From contig MU053561.1 in NCBI GenBank assembly GCA_013239625.1, positions 1,535,818 to 1,599,817 of the forward strand: a DNA stretch of 64,000 bases, written 5' to 3'. Shown here one piece after another: positions 51,201-63,854 of this stretch. The notes beneath the pieces are model-generated. The model was not told the origin of the DNA. It made no database searches and saw only the letters and a list, made by a program, of their open reading frames with translations. Origin of the DNA: Lama guanicoe (Eukaryota). The number at the start of each line of letters is the position of its first letter. Position 1 is the stretch's first letter. The position numbers and the translations under genes are program-made.

Positions 51201-54200
51201 TTCGTAGCTCTTCTTTAACTAAACAAAGTAGGTGTGGAAATTATTTTAAGTTAAAATTTATTTCGTTGCAAAATAAAAACCAGCCTCTGGATATATATGT
51301 GGGACAAGAAAGCAGAATTGGAGATCATGGAGAGCCCTAATTGAGCATTAAAAGAAAGAAAAGATACCTCCTTATCACAAGGGAAAACTCAGATACTGAA
51401 ATTTCAAATATTTTCAAATATGGGCTGTAGACAGAATAATAATGATGCTAATGACAGCAGCAAACTCATACACCATTGAATGGGAAAGTTGTCAGTGGGT
51501 AGCTTTTAACTGGATAAATTGATCTGTGCCATCTCATTTCAAACTTTAGTCATTTCTATTTTATTAAAAGGTCAGATTCCTTTGATCACTGCTCACGTGC
51601 CTGAAGAGCGAAGAAATTGAAGGTAGATGAGGAAATTCAATGACTAAGAGTGAAATTAAACCCTCAGTTTTAAGACATTTGTGATTTACTTAAAATTTCT
51701 AGAATTGCATTCTGCCGTCTAGAGCAGAACTGACAAATTGACTGACTGTGGGTCACAGTAGGCCCAGACCAGCTTTGTTTGGCTTACACAATATATTTTA
51801 TTTTGCATTTGTTTTACTGTGGTTATAGTTGTTCCTATTTTTAAGACATTTTAAATGGCCTTACAAGGGTCACACATTATATCAATTGATCCGCGGGCTA
51901 GTTATTGTCATATCCAGGCAAATTCACACATTTATACTGTTCGGTTTGTATGTACATTTTAGTTTGTTTGTTTTATTTTGCTTTTGTTTTGATCTCTATT
52001 GCAGAGCAGTTTATGTCTTAAACTGCTAGTCTCCATTCGCTAGAGGCTGTGGAGTCTATTCATTGGGTCTGGAATTAGCACTGTTTGCCACAGACCAGCA
52101 TAGATAGAAATTAGCAGTGCACCTCAAGCCTGTTTTGTAACACTTCCACCTGATGTGCTTTATCTGTGTGTGCACTTGTGTGTGAATGTGCATGCCTGCA
52201 TGTGCACACAGAGACTGTACATACAAATTTAAAACACATCTCTTTCTATGGTGATAGTACAAAAAGTCTGGGAAACACTGCTCTACAGAGTATTTTAGGA
52301 TTAAGATCTTCCTTAAGATTATATTCAAATTACACATTCCACAAACATAATTTATTTCACATATTATATCCATTCCACAGATGCAGGTTATATTCGTTCT
52401 ACAAATATGTATTTCCTATTAGTGTATGTGTCAAGAATTTTTCAAATTCCTCTGCCTTCAAGGAGCTTATATGCATAATGTGTCGGATATAGTCTTAAAA
52501 TATTTGATTACCTACAAAATCCTTCAGGTCTTTCCTCTTCCCCAGTCCAGGCTCACTCACTTCCTGCTCACCTTGACCATCAGCTCTTTCTTGATCACCG
52601 TGGCTAAGAGGGAAGAATTAGATCTCTAACTGTCGGCCTAGGCCACCCATTTAGCAGTTATTGTATAGGACTTTGTGGCATTTCTTCTGTTGTTTTAATA
52701 AATGGTATCTTAATGTTGTAGATGAACGCAGAAAAACCCTCAGTCTTGTCCATGCTGTCCTTCTCTCCCCTTCCAAGGAGCACCCTCAGTTGCATTCATT
52801 GCTTGATTGTTGAGCCCTTATTGTGCTGAGTACAGTCACAACCCAAGAGGCAGAACTTAAAAAGCAGAGAGATACTAAGGTCATGCTACATGAGGAAAAG
52901 CATTATTATATCCTGAATGCACAAGAAAAGATCCAGAAAGTGGGAAAAAGAGGATGAGAAAGAGGGGCTGGTGATAAATTAAATAGGAGAGCCAGCTGGT
53001 CTCGAGTTTGGTAGAGAGAGATAAGTAAAGGAGATTTTCCTAAATTTTCTTAATTTTAAAAAATCTCTCCTTTGCTCCCTGTTCAAGAGACCTTCAATAA
53101 AGGTCTTGTTGTATTTCAGTGTTTTATGGAGTCTTGTTTGTGATACTTAGGGATCCTGCATTGTGCCTCTGGGTACCCAGATTTACTTGGGTTACAACTA
53201 TATTATTTAATACTTTTGAAGACTCTGCTTAGCCTTCCCAGTCAGATTGTGACATTTGAAGAAGGAGTATAAACTTTTTGGCTAACCCTGTGACACTGAA
53301 CTTGCAGGATTCACACTGAGGGGCTGGCTTTTATTTTTCTGCATTTGAAGATAATTCTCCACCTGCCCAAAGTTCAGGATTTGGACCTTTTGTCACCTTC
53401 AAAACCATCAGAAGAAAGACTTACCGCATCTACGTACTTGTTGCATAACTTGCCTGTAAGGATTTCAGAAAGAATCTATAAAAGTCATCAATAAGATGGT
53501 AGAGAGATTACTCGAAGCCGCAGGCACACTACCTTTTCCTGTCTTGCAGGATGTCAAAGAAAACTAATATATTTGGATTTATTATCAATAAATCTGAAGT
53601 CTTATTATTATTCTGTCCAGTTTTCTGGCCTCAGACTTGAAGGTCTAGGATTATATCTTACATGACATCAGACAGAATCATTCTGGGAATAAGGCCATTC
53701 CACTGCTCCCTGAATTAAAATGTGGCATGTCACATGATCCTTCTTGCCCTGCAGTCCCTTGGACACATAATTGTGTGTGCACAATAGCAATAAGTGTGCC
53801 AGTTAATCACCACATGTAATCTATCAATTCGGGAACAACAGTCTGTCCAGTATGTGCAGAGCTGCGTGAGAACATCTCTCAGAGATGCTCTTATCTCCAC
53901 ATTTGAGGAAACATTTTTCCTGTAAACAGAACCAAACACTTGGTATTTCTGTGTCTTAAATGCATCTTCTACTGATGCCCTTTATCAACCTGAGCACTAA
54001 CTACATACACGGTAATCATTTATGGTTTAAATAATGTGTCTTGCTTTAAGGATATATATTTTACTGACACCTCTGGGCCATTAATTTCCATTTCTATAAG
54101 TTGTTTGTATTATGCAGTGCTAGTCAGTCACCAAGATAGTAATGAACTTGTCTTTGATGTACCTCAATCTGCACATCTGCTTCAGCTCCTCTACCAGATG

Positions 54201-54538
54201 TTCATATTTATTTATATTCTTTGCTTAAGTTTTTGAGTTATTTCTGCTCTGGGGAAAGCCCTGTTAGTACAATAAACTGTATTACACAGAACATCAAAAT
54301 AGTATGTGCAACAGAACTGAACATAACTAAAAAAGTGACGTGATTCTATAATTTCTTAAATAAATACTTATCATGAGTTCTGAAATCTTTCCTTAATTCA
54401 CATTCTAGGTCTTAGTAGTCTTGAAGTATCCTTTGGCACAATGCAAAGTAACCTTTTCAAAATTGTTTTATTCCTGCAAATTGCCTAATATAATCAACCC
54501 AATTGTATTTATCTGTGATTATTTAGTGCCTGTAATTA

Positions 54539-54851
54539 TAGTCCTCCATCAGTATCCACAGAGATTGGGTCCAAGACCCCCAACAGATACTAAAACCTTC
54601 AGTGCTCAAGTCCATTATATAAAATGTACAAGTGTTTGCATATAACTTACACACATCCTCCCGTATATTTTAAATCCTCTCTCGGTTACTTATAGTGCCT
54701 AATACAACGTAAATGTTAGGTAAATGGAAGCTGGTATACAGTAAATCCAAGTTTTGTTTTTTTTAAATTTGGGAATTTTTTCCCAAATACTTTTGATCTG
54801 AAATTGGTTGAATCTGTGGATGTGAAACCTGAAGATACAGAGGACAGATTG
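54539..54851 (+). mobile_element. Tc1/mariner-Tigger MITE (MER2-like)
   Basis: cagtatccacagagattgggtccaagaccccc...gctcaagtcc.ttatataaaatg...tttgcatataac...catcctcccgtata.tttaaatc...ttggttgaatctgtggatgtgaaacc; terminal inverted repeats; TA at left flank. Confidence 0.9.
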
Positions 54852-54899
54852 TGTATCTGAATCACCTCTAAATTATTTCCATAGCATAATTGTTTATAT

Positions 54900-55105
54900 G
54901 TACTGAACACTTGCCACGTGACAGGCATGTACAGTATACCTTACAGACAACTCGCTGAATCTTCACAACATCCCCATGAGGCAGTTGCCGTTATAACTCC
55001 CATCTCACAGGTGAGGAAACTGAGGCTCCATGTCTTTACATACCTGATAAATGATGGAGCAAGAAATTAAGGTTAGAACTGCTTAGCTCTCTCCCAACTT
55101 CTGTG
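54900..55105 (-). mobile_element. MIR SINE
   Basis: aatcttcacaacatccccatgagg...cccatctcacaggtgaggaaactgaggctc. Confidence 0.8.
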
Positions 55106-56599
55106 CTACACCATTTCAATATCAAATAGAATGACTTCATCTACAAATCAGATTGTGTTAAGGCACAGTTAATCAGAAAATAAAGACCTGGCCACACTTC
55201 CATGGAGGAATTTGCTTTGGGTTAATCTGGAGAATTTCAAGTAGAAGGAGATGGGTTGAAGGGGCCCTGGATAGGAGCTGGGACTGGTTCCCCCAGGGCC
55301 CAGTTTCTCAAGCTGGGACACATATGCTTTGGGGACAGAATGGTGCGTCTTCCTGGAGTATTAATTCTTCCTCAATGATAAGTAATAAGTAGTTAAAAAC
55401 AATCATTTTTATTAAAAAAATGGGTGTATTATGGAGTAAATCAAAAAAATTCCCTTGAATTTTTAAGTTAAAAGTGAGATTTCTCCTTTCTGAGAGAATT
55501 GCCCCTAGTCCCCTGGGAGTCAGGCATGCCCTCCCTTCTGCATTCAGGGTGTATGGACCCACAGTGGTAGGAGCAGGAAGCCCTGGAAAAGTCTGGAGCA
55601 GGTTCTGGGGGGACATTTCATTCTGGTGATAGTTGGAAGATGGATTTGAAAGAAACAAGACTGGGGACAGAGGAAAAAGTTACAAAGCCTTATTATAAGG
55701 GTAAAACAGGTAAAGGACAAAACTCAGCACATTCAGCCGTTTTACACACACGTACACAGCCTGCAAGATGAAGATGTAAACGACTTAAAGGGCACTTGTC
55801 CAAGTATCTCCCTCCACTTCCCCCACCGGCCACTCTCTGTTCACATTAAACGTTGGCCACATCTGTGCACTTGGCCTAGTTTGCTCATTCAACCTGCCTT
55901 ACACAGCAGAGCCCCTCCAGCAATGACCCTGACTGAACATTTTCACACTCTGGGCAGTTTGCCATGGTCATTTGGTCACAGCCAATTATGTTTCTGGGCA
56001 AGTCCTGAACGAGTCTGAGATGTCTGCATAATGGTGCTCGCTGTATAGTCCGATAGGGACACGTGTTTGGAGAAAGAGAGTTTCGTGGTGGGAAGGAATG
56101 TTTTATTTTTTTCCTCCTTTTCAGCTGACGATTGTTGTTTCAGGATGTAGCGACTTCCATTGGTGAGAGAGATTTATTACTTACTTCCTGGAGAAAGCCA
56201 TTTTCTCTCAAGTGTGAACATTTCGGCAGGGCCATCCAAAAAAGTCACTAATTTTGTCCTTTTGCAACTTAGAGGAAAAGAGAAATTTAAATCTGCCCAA
56301 TTTCCCCCCTCTCCTCAGGAATGAGCAGTGATGTGCTCTCCAAAACCACAAGGCAGAGCGGGCCCCCAAGCTCCTCCTTTGCAGGGAGAAGACAGAATCA
56401 CCAGCTGCAACAAAGTCTTTGTAACCGCAGACTAACACAATTCCTTAGTGACTCTGGAAATCCACTGCGGCAAAGGCACAGCCTCACAACTGCTTACACA
56501 TCCTACCCTTCCACGCCCAAGGAGGGCTCTGAAGATGTGCTTTTTTTTTTTTTTGGCTGTGTAATGGTTTTCCTGTATTTTGTAGTAGTTCTACTGAAA

Positions 56600-57785
56600 C
56601 GTGGCAAGGAGGTCTCAATACCCTGTCGGCCTTCTTTTCTCACTTTGCCCTACCTCACTGGGCCATTTCATCCATCCACACTCACCTTATCGCTCCTGGG
56701 TGGATGGCTGGTCAACCCACACCCACATCTACACCCATGTCTCTCTGCTGAGCAAACAACCAACCACCTAATCTCCCCCCTTCAGATTTCAAACCCACAA
56801 GTCACAGCCTGAGCTCCTCACCTCCCTCTCAACCCTCATTCTAGTGTGCTCCATCTTTCAGTGGCCAGCACCATTTTCCACTTACTTTCTCAAACCAGAA
56901 ACCCTGAGCATCCTATTTCTTGCTCTCGACACACAACTTACTCAATTAGTCATCAGCCCCAGGTGGTTCTCTTAAATGCCTCTAGAAGCTGCTTAGGTTG
57001 CTTCTCTCCATCCCCATCTCCACCACACCCAACTGGTCTGTCTGCCGCCAGTCTTTTTCCCTACCTAACTCTCTATCACTGTCTCCGCACTTCAGCCAAA
57101 GAGAGTATTCTAAAAAGCATGTCTAGTCATACTAACCCCCTAAAAACAAATTCCCTGTTGAATACCCATTGACCCAAGAAAAAAGTCCAAATGCCGTAAC
57201 ATATTCTTCAAGATACTCCATGAGCTGGCCCTGTTTACTTCTCATCTTCCACATCTATAACTTTCACATCTGTAACTCTCCTCCCAAATCCAGCATATAC
57301 TAAGGCATTCACAATTTCCTAAATTTCTGTCTCTTGCCCCTGAGCCTTTGCACATTCTGTTCCCTTTATCTGCAGTAGCTTCTGTCATCCTCCTAATGGT
57401 CAATCTCAAACATACTGTCAGATCACATACTCAGGGCCTGGGACTAGGGTGAGTGCACGTGTGCGACCCTGAGAGTGAGCACCTGCTTAAATTTTACACC
57501 ATAGGTGCCTCTTGCCTCACCCTAATTCCAGCTCTACAAATAGTATCACTTCCTGATCCCTGTTACCTTCCTTCCTCCTGAATGGATTAGATCCCTTTCC
57601 TGTTTCCTTCGTTTGCATCCACTTTTCCCTTCTACTGTAGCATTGATTCTGCTGTATTGTAATTGCTTCTTACTTGTTTTTATTCCCCATTAAACTAAGT
57701 TTTTCAAGGACAGGGACCTTGTATAACTTTCCTTGTCACAGTGCTTGATATCTAGTAGGCAATTAATGTGTTTTGCATAAATGAA
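56600..57785 (+). mobile_element. Long degenerate L2 LINE fragment
   Basis: Pyrimidine-rich L2 text (ctcaaaccagaaaccctgagcatc, aaaagtccaaat, gcctttgcacattctgttccct) ending ...cacagtgcttg...tagtaggcaattaatg...ataaatgaa. Confidence 0.75.
57432..57536. mobile_element. hAT MITE (MER96-like) inserted in L2
   Basis: Imperfect TIRs cagggcctgggactagggtgag / ctcaccctaattccagctcta; 8-bp flanks CACATACT (57424-57431) and CAAATAGT (57537-57544), 6/8 identical, consistent with hAT TSD length. Confidence 0.75.
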
Positions 57786-58639
57786 GATACTTTCTGCCCT
57801 ATTTGTCTCTGATATGACAACCCACCTGTAGAATCAAAGAAAGTTGGGCTTGAGATAGACCCCGTAAATCATCAGGTCAAACCCTTTATTTTACAAATGA
57901 AGAAATTAAGATCATGAAGGTCAGGACAGGACTGTTTCTCAGAATGACATAAGCTGGGAAAATAACCTAGTATTTTATTTTTAGCAGATATGAGTTGCCT
58001 GTGCAATGAAACATAAGCTACTCACCAATGATATTTAATATTCAAGCCCAATAATGTAATACGATGATCAGAATGATTTTGTACCTTCTTATAACATAAA
58101 GAAGTCAAGTTTTTCTTAAGTTAGTATGTTAGCCTCCCCTCTCCAGGCCACCCACGTTTCACAGTTGAACAACTGGAAAGATGCTAGAAAGAAGTAAAAA
58201 CGCAACTAGAGGAGTGTTTACTAATTTGATACTATGTAGCTAACTAAGCAAGACCTTTCTCAGCTTCTGGAGAGGAGGGGACAGACGGCATTGCCCATCT
58301 CCAGAACACCTCTCTGTAAAGTTCTTAGGCCATGAGTATTGTAAGGAGTGGGGATTGTCACGAGTGTGCAGTCAAGGCGAGGTGCTTCTTTACGTGGTGC
58401 TTTATTTCTGTATGTGAAATTATAGATAAAATATTAAGGAATTAGATCCTGCATCCTTGGAATCCTCAAGCAATTATACTAAATATCGTTTCACAAAATG
58501 ATAATTCATTAGGCTTTGAAATTTAACATCAAACTCCAGACAAATCAAACTTGAATCTATTTGTGTTGTATTTATGAAGAAGGATAATGATGAGAAAGGG
58601 GTGATGAGAAAGGGGAAAGAAATGCATGGGAAAATATAT

Positions 58640-58961
58640 GTTTTATCTTTTTTGGAAATATAGTTGATTTACAATACTGCGTTAGCTTCAGGTATACAGC
58701 AGAGTGATTCATTTATACATATATATGTGTGTGTATATATATATATATTCCTTTTTTCTGATTCTTTTCCATTATAGTTTATGACAAGATGTTGAATGTA
58801 GTTCCCTGTGCTACACAGTAAATCCTTGTTTATCTATTTTACATTTGGTGATGTGTATCTGTTAATCCCATACTCCCAATTTACCCCTCCCCCTGACTTC
58901 CCCTTTGTTTTCTGAGAGTCTGTTTCTGTTTTGTAAATAATCCACTTGTACTATATTTTAG
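58640..58961 (-). mobile_element. 5'-truncated LINE-1 3' UTR
   Basis: aaatatagttgatttacaatactgcgttag.ttcaggtatacagc...gttccctgtgctacacagta; 19-bp flanking repeat 58621-58639 / 58962-58980 with 2 mismatches. Confidence 0.9.
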
Positions 58962-59413
58962 AATACATTGGAAAATATATTAAAAATAAATTAAATAGAA
59001 GTCTAGGGGAAAAAATAATGCTGAATTGAGAACCTTCTCCAGGTTACATGCCAGCAAGTAGCAAAGCCAAACTGAAAACTTCCTTATCAGCTGCTTCACT
59101 CGAAAATCCCAAAGGTACAGGAGGCTGCTACGTGTTGTTGATTAACAGTAGAACGTGACCTTGGCATTTCTAGCCTGTGCAAAGGCAACTATTGAAATAA
59201 AATGAGCTCAGAATTCTGATGCTGGCAAAAACTTTATTTTACTGCTTGTTATGTGATTTGAGGAAAACCGTATCTAGCAGGGCATCTCTCTACCAAATTT
59301 TCCCTTTACAGGAAGTATGAAACAATTAAGGACCTTAGGGGGTTCTTATTTACTGAAGATCTTCCTGTCCCATTTCTTACTCCCATCTTGAATCTCTCTG
59401 TGGAGACTTGAAA

Positions 59414-59620
59414 CCACTGGTCTGCTGATAAATGTTTAACAGCCAGTTTGCCAGGTGAAAAAAATAATGCCATGATTTGCAGTACTTGCCAGTTTCTGTG
59501 GTGTCAGTACTCCCATGGCAGCCAATTACAAGTTACCAAGGTGATGTCACTGAATGCAGAACCGGAAAAAGGTGTGCGCAGTCAGCCTCTCTAAGCCCCA
59601 GCCCCAGCCCAGCAGCTGCC
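59414..59620. mobile_element. hAT-Blackjack MITE (MER63-like)
   Basis: ccactggtctgctgataaatgtttaacagcc...tgatttgcagtacttgccagtttctgtggtgt...tactcccatggc...gatgtcactgaatgc. Confidence 0.75.
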
Positions 59621-59714
59621 TGATCTCAAGAGAAGTCTTCAGTGTATCTCCTCCAAGAGCTGGTGTTCAGGCGTTCCTTGCTTCCAACCCAAATTCCTCC
59701 ATATCCACCATGAT

Positions 59715-60050
59715 TAACTAGGTTATGCTACATAACAAATTATCCCAGCAATCTCAGTGGCTTAAAACAGCAAAGGTTTATGTTTCATTCCTGACGCCTG
59801 CCCAGCATGGATCCACCATAGGAGGGTGCTTTGCTTATCGAAATTACTCAGGTCCCAGACTGACGGGGCATCACCACCTGGAAAGGGCTGGTGGCAGTGA
59901 AGGCGAGCCTGGAGATTTGCCCCCAGGCCTTCATCATCTCAGCTCATGTTTGATTTGTCAGAACTAGTCTCATGGCCTCACCTAAATGCAAGGGCTTTGG
60001 CAGGTGTGCGGGAGCAGATGGAACGTGTGGTCAGTACCGCAGTCTCATCG
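59715..60050 (-). mobile_element. Old MaLR LTR (MLT1K/L-like)
   Basis: ggttatgct.cataacaaa...atctcagtggcttaaaacagcaaaggtttat...gaactagtctcatggcctcacctaaatgcaaggg. Confidence 0.7.
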
Positions 60051-60674
60051 CACCCATGGTGGTTTCATCAGGCACCCGTGTTTCTTGATGGTTCAGGACA
60101 TGCCCTGTTCAGGACACCCAGCAGGGTTAAGGCGATTGATGCCTTGGGAGAATCAGAAGCTCAACAAGAACCTTTAAATAACAGTTTGTTGTTTACTATT
60201 AGTAAATATTCATGTGCCAAACTGATGGTTCTTCTGAGACTAGGAAGGAGACATAGCTCAACAAAACCCCAGGCTGCAGGCTTTGCTCTGGTCCTCTTTG
60301 CCACGCTTGAGAGATGCAGCAACTTGCTATGAATTTGCTTGTCTCGGCAATAAACTAGCAATTTGAGGTTTCTCTGACTGAGTCTAAAGCCCAGAGCCCA
60401 GGTCCAGGAGCACAGAGCATTCCCGGGAGGAGGTGGCTCCTCAGAATCCAAGACTCCTTGAGACAGGGATCTTCTAGGCCCAGGGGGCCTGGGGGCTTCC
60501 AGGGACCCTTGCCTAAATCCACAGAGAACCAGGTGTGGAGGCCTCCTCTAGGGCTTCCAAGAACAGAGGGTGTCAGGTTGCTCGAATCCCCCCCACTCCT
60601 TCCTGGATCTCTAGCTGGTTAGACGCAACATCACTTTAACCACGTCTCTTCTGAAAGCAAAGGGCTGTGAGTCC

Positions 60675-60820
60675 AGGGCTGGGGAAATGCACTGAAATAG
60701 GTACCAGAGGAATGTGATTTCAGTCCCGTCTCAGCCCCTAATTAATTACCGGTGCTCAGGAGCAAGTCTCTTCATCTCCAGGGTCTCCATTTCCTCATGC
60801 ACAAATTGAAGGAGTTGGAC
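60675..60820 (+). mobile_element. MIR SINE fragment
   Basis: agtcccgtctcagcc...gagcaagtctcttcatctc...ctccatttcctcat. Confidence 0.55.
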
Positions 60821-62379
60821 TGAAACCACAGCGTTCACACTTTCTCTGTGATGCCCGTAGAGACTGATTTACGTAAGGGGAGAGAAGCCAGTGGGCAAGG
60901 CCCCAGGACCCCATTCTAACTTCCAACCGGAGCAGATACATTTTTTTATGGATTAGATTTTAGAGCAGATGTTTGGTTTGTTATTTTTCCTTTCTAAAGG
61001 GGTGCCATCACTTTGTAAGAGGTCTTAAGAAGGTGTTTCTAATACTTTCTTTCCCCACATTTCAAAACCGTTGGACTCATCTGATGACCTGAGGGAGCTG
61101 GCAAGAATGATATGGACAGATAACACTTCTGTCCCCACAGGTAAGGCTGCCTGATGGCCTGTGTGGCTCTCCGCCAGGACGCTTCCCTTCCCTTCGCCAT
61201 GCAGACCGTTAGCCAGGCTTCTATCACTGCCGCCTCAGTCAAGCCTCTGCCTCCAACCCTGCCAGCACGTTACAAAGAAGCTCAGACTAAGGAAGCAGTG
61301 TGCAGAGTAACGGGGAGTAGGACTTCCCTGAAATTAAGGTGAAAGACCGCAGTTCTGCCCAGAGAGCGTGTGGTTTGGCATATTTCCAGAGAATATTAAA
61401 TCATACAAGAATTTTCACTCATCTTCATCTTGGAGGTCACAACATGACTCTCCTCTAATGAATTCTTTATATTGGCAGCTCTTATGTTTCTCCCCCTTCC
61501 TCTTCCCAGTTCCTCACTCCCACCTCTGCCCTCCTCCCCAGCTCGCCATGAGCAACCCTCTCTCCTTTAGTCTCCATCTGGGAACATGTGGTAATACTTT
61601 TCCTTGATGTAGGCCTTGACTTTGGTCTACACCTGTGTCAGCCTTCAAGGAACAGCTCAGCGGGTGCCTGGGCCAGGTCGCGCTCTGTGCATACACTCAC
61701 TCGCCCTCCCTTGCAGGCAGGCCCGTGCCTCTCCTTCAACACCCCACAGCTGCTGGGACCTCCAGGTGACGCTCCTGGTATGTGGATTACGAGTCAGGGT
61801 CCCACATCCCACCTGGGGGTGTTCTTCCTCATGAAGCAGAAGTTAATTTACAAAAGCCTGTAGCCTTGGAAGAAAAAGAACAAAGAGAGACAGAAAGAAT
61901 TAGAAAGAGAAAAAAAACAGAGGCGAGAAGTAATTTGTACTGGGAGCTTTTTCTATGGCAAGAACGATATGGACTTCATGTGGGGAGGCCGATATTGTTT
62001 GCACCTTGTGAGAAGAGGCTCAGAGAAGACAAGGGTCCTCAAGGTCACAGAGCCAGGAAGGGGCAGAACCAAGCTTTAAAGTCAAATTCTTATTTCAAGG
62101 CTGGCGTTCTCTCTGATGTACATACCAAGCCTGAATTCGTTTCTGGAGCTATCCACCACATTGCAGCTCTACGCCCAGGTACTGTACTGGGTGCCCTGTA
62201 GTCATGCTCTCATTTTTCAACAGCCTGACAAGGTAGGCTTTAGTACAATCAGCTTGCAGATTTTACAGAAATGAGGCTCCTAAAGATTGCATTGCCCCAG
62301 ATCACATAGCCAAATACAGAAATAATTCGGATGCTTTCTGCCCCAAACAATCAGTTACTTTCCATGACTTTCAAGGATA

Positions 62380-62900
62380 TAAAGCTCCTCAGAGGTTTTG
62401 GTGCTTTCAGAATAGAAGCAAATCCTCACCTTAACACACCAGGCCCATCAGGGTCTGGCTCCTGTTCACCTGTCTTTCTGCCCTACCATGGACACCAACC
62501 TCTCCCACTACATGGCGTGCTTTTCCATTCCTCAAGCTGCTGTCTCACCCCGTGTGCATCATATGTTCTGTTCATGCTTCCCATCTTCATCTGCCTTTAA
62601 TTTCCTACGACTCAGTTTGTGGCCCCTTTTCTGGGAAGCACCCCACCCCCACATGCCCCACCACCGACTACCTCATCACAAAAGCCGGTCTAGTTACCCG
62701 TCCTCTTGCTCTTGCAGCCCCTTAGGAATATCTAAGCCAAAGCACTGAGCATACTGCTCTGTGATTGTCTAGCGAGGTCACCATCGCTACCATCAGACCC
62801 TGCCCTCCTTGAAGGTGCAGAGTATATTTCTTATAACTTTGTATTCCCAGAGCTTACCATAGTATCTAAAACAAACTCAGAAAGTTTTCTGAATAAATGA
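62380..62900 (+). mobile_element. L2 LINE 3' fragment
   Basis: aaatcctcaccttaac...ggccc...tctggctcctg...ctccttgaagg...tttgtattcccagagc...ttttctgaataaatga. Confidence 0.6.
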
Positions 62901-63071
62901 AAGAATGGGAAGGGGAGAGGAGTGAAGGGGATAAAGGGTAATTAGGTAATCAGGTTAATAAGGACTGAGCCCAGGTCTTTCTGATTCCAAAATAGACAAG
63001 ACTTCTACCATCCCATACTCAACCCAGGAGGCTCCCCACTCTACCAGAGATGTGATTGTGCCCTCATTCTC

Positions 63072-63118
63072 CTTTTTTTTTTTAATTGAAGTATAGTTGA
63101 TTTACAGTATTGTGCTGG
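63072..63118 (-). mobile_element. Extremely truncated LINE-1 3' end (about 45 bp)
   Basis: T11 followed by aattgaagtatagttgatttacagtattgtg, same terminus as the L1s at 25946 and 58640. Confidence 0.8.
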
Positions 63119-63284
63119 TCCCTTCTCTTTTCACTCAGGTATGGTGAGCCTCATTCTTTGCTGTGGCTCCCACCTGGCTCTATTCATAACACCAAGTAGC
63201 TCCCTCCTGGGATTCTCCAAAGTTCTCCATAAGACTTCCCTCCCTGTGTACTTGGCCATTTGAATAGCTAATGTCTACTCCATA

Positions 63285-63490
63285 AACACTGTGAGCATGC
63301 ACTGTTCAAAGCACTTTATGTGGTTTAATTTTAGCCCTCAGAACAATTCACAAGATTGCCGCAATTACCATCTCCACTTAGCACAATTGAGGGAGGAGAC
63401 GCTGACTTGCCCCGGGCTGCACACATATTAAGTGGTAGAACTGGGATTTGAATCAAAGCAGCCTAACTCCTGAGAATGTGCTTTTAGCCC
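63285..63490 (-). mobile_element. MIR SINE
   Basis: gcactttatgtgg...tgacttgccccgggctgcaca...taagtggtagaactgggatttgaatc. Confidence 0.7.
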
Positions 63491-63499
63491 CTAAGATAT

Positions 63500-63800
63500 A
63501 CCAGTTCACACATATAAACTTGAGATCAGATTGTACAAACTATGTTAGTAACTTGCTTTTTCGTAGTTAATAATTTACCTTGAAAAGTTTTCATATAATT
63601 CAATACTCTTCTGAAACATCATTTTAATAGGTGCATAGTATTTCATCACATTGATGAACCATTATTAATTAATCAATTTCCTATTGGTGGAAATTTAGAT
63701 TATTTTCCCACCTCCTGTAAACACAGTGTGATGAACATCATAACTGACTGCTTGTTTACAACATAGAATTGAAATCACTTGGCCGAAAAGTAAGAAATTG
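63500..63800 (-). mobile_element. Old LINE-1 (L1M-type) fragment
   Basis: taacttgctttttc...tgcatagtatttcat...aatcaatttcctattggtggaaatttagattatttt. Confidence 0.7.
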
Positions 63801-63854
63801 GCGCATATACACTACGCATACCCTCCAGTGTAACTCAGACATAAATGGATTGTA

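Noticed and set aside
53027..53073. Imperfect hairpin aaaggagatttt...aaaatctctccttt as a possible pre-miRNA
   Set aside because: Short AT-rich stem with a bulge and large loop; too weak
53534..53570. Plus-strand acceptor ttttcctgtcttgcag followed by DVKEN-stop
   Set aside because: No supporting upstream coding context; isolated acceptors are common
56321..56812. Longest ORF in the track (163 aa, +)
   Set aside because: Runs through a poly-T stretch into L2-derived sequence; no recognisable domain; consistent with a chance ORF
61782..62201. 139-aa ORF with a charged segment
   Set aside because: The charged run comes from an A/G-rich low-complexity tract, and the 3' half is MIR-derived
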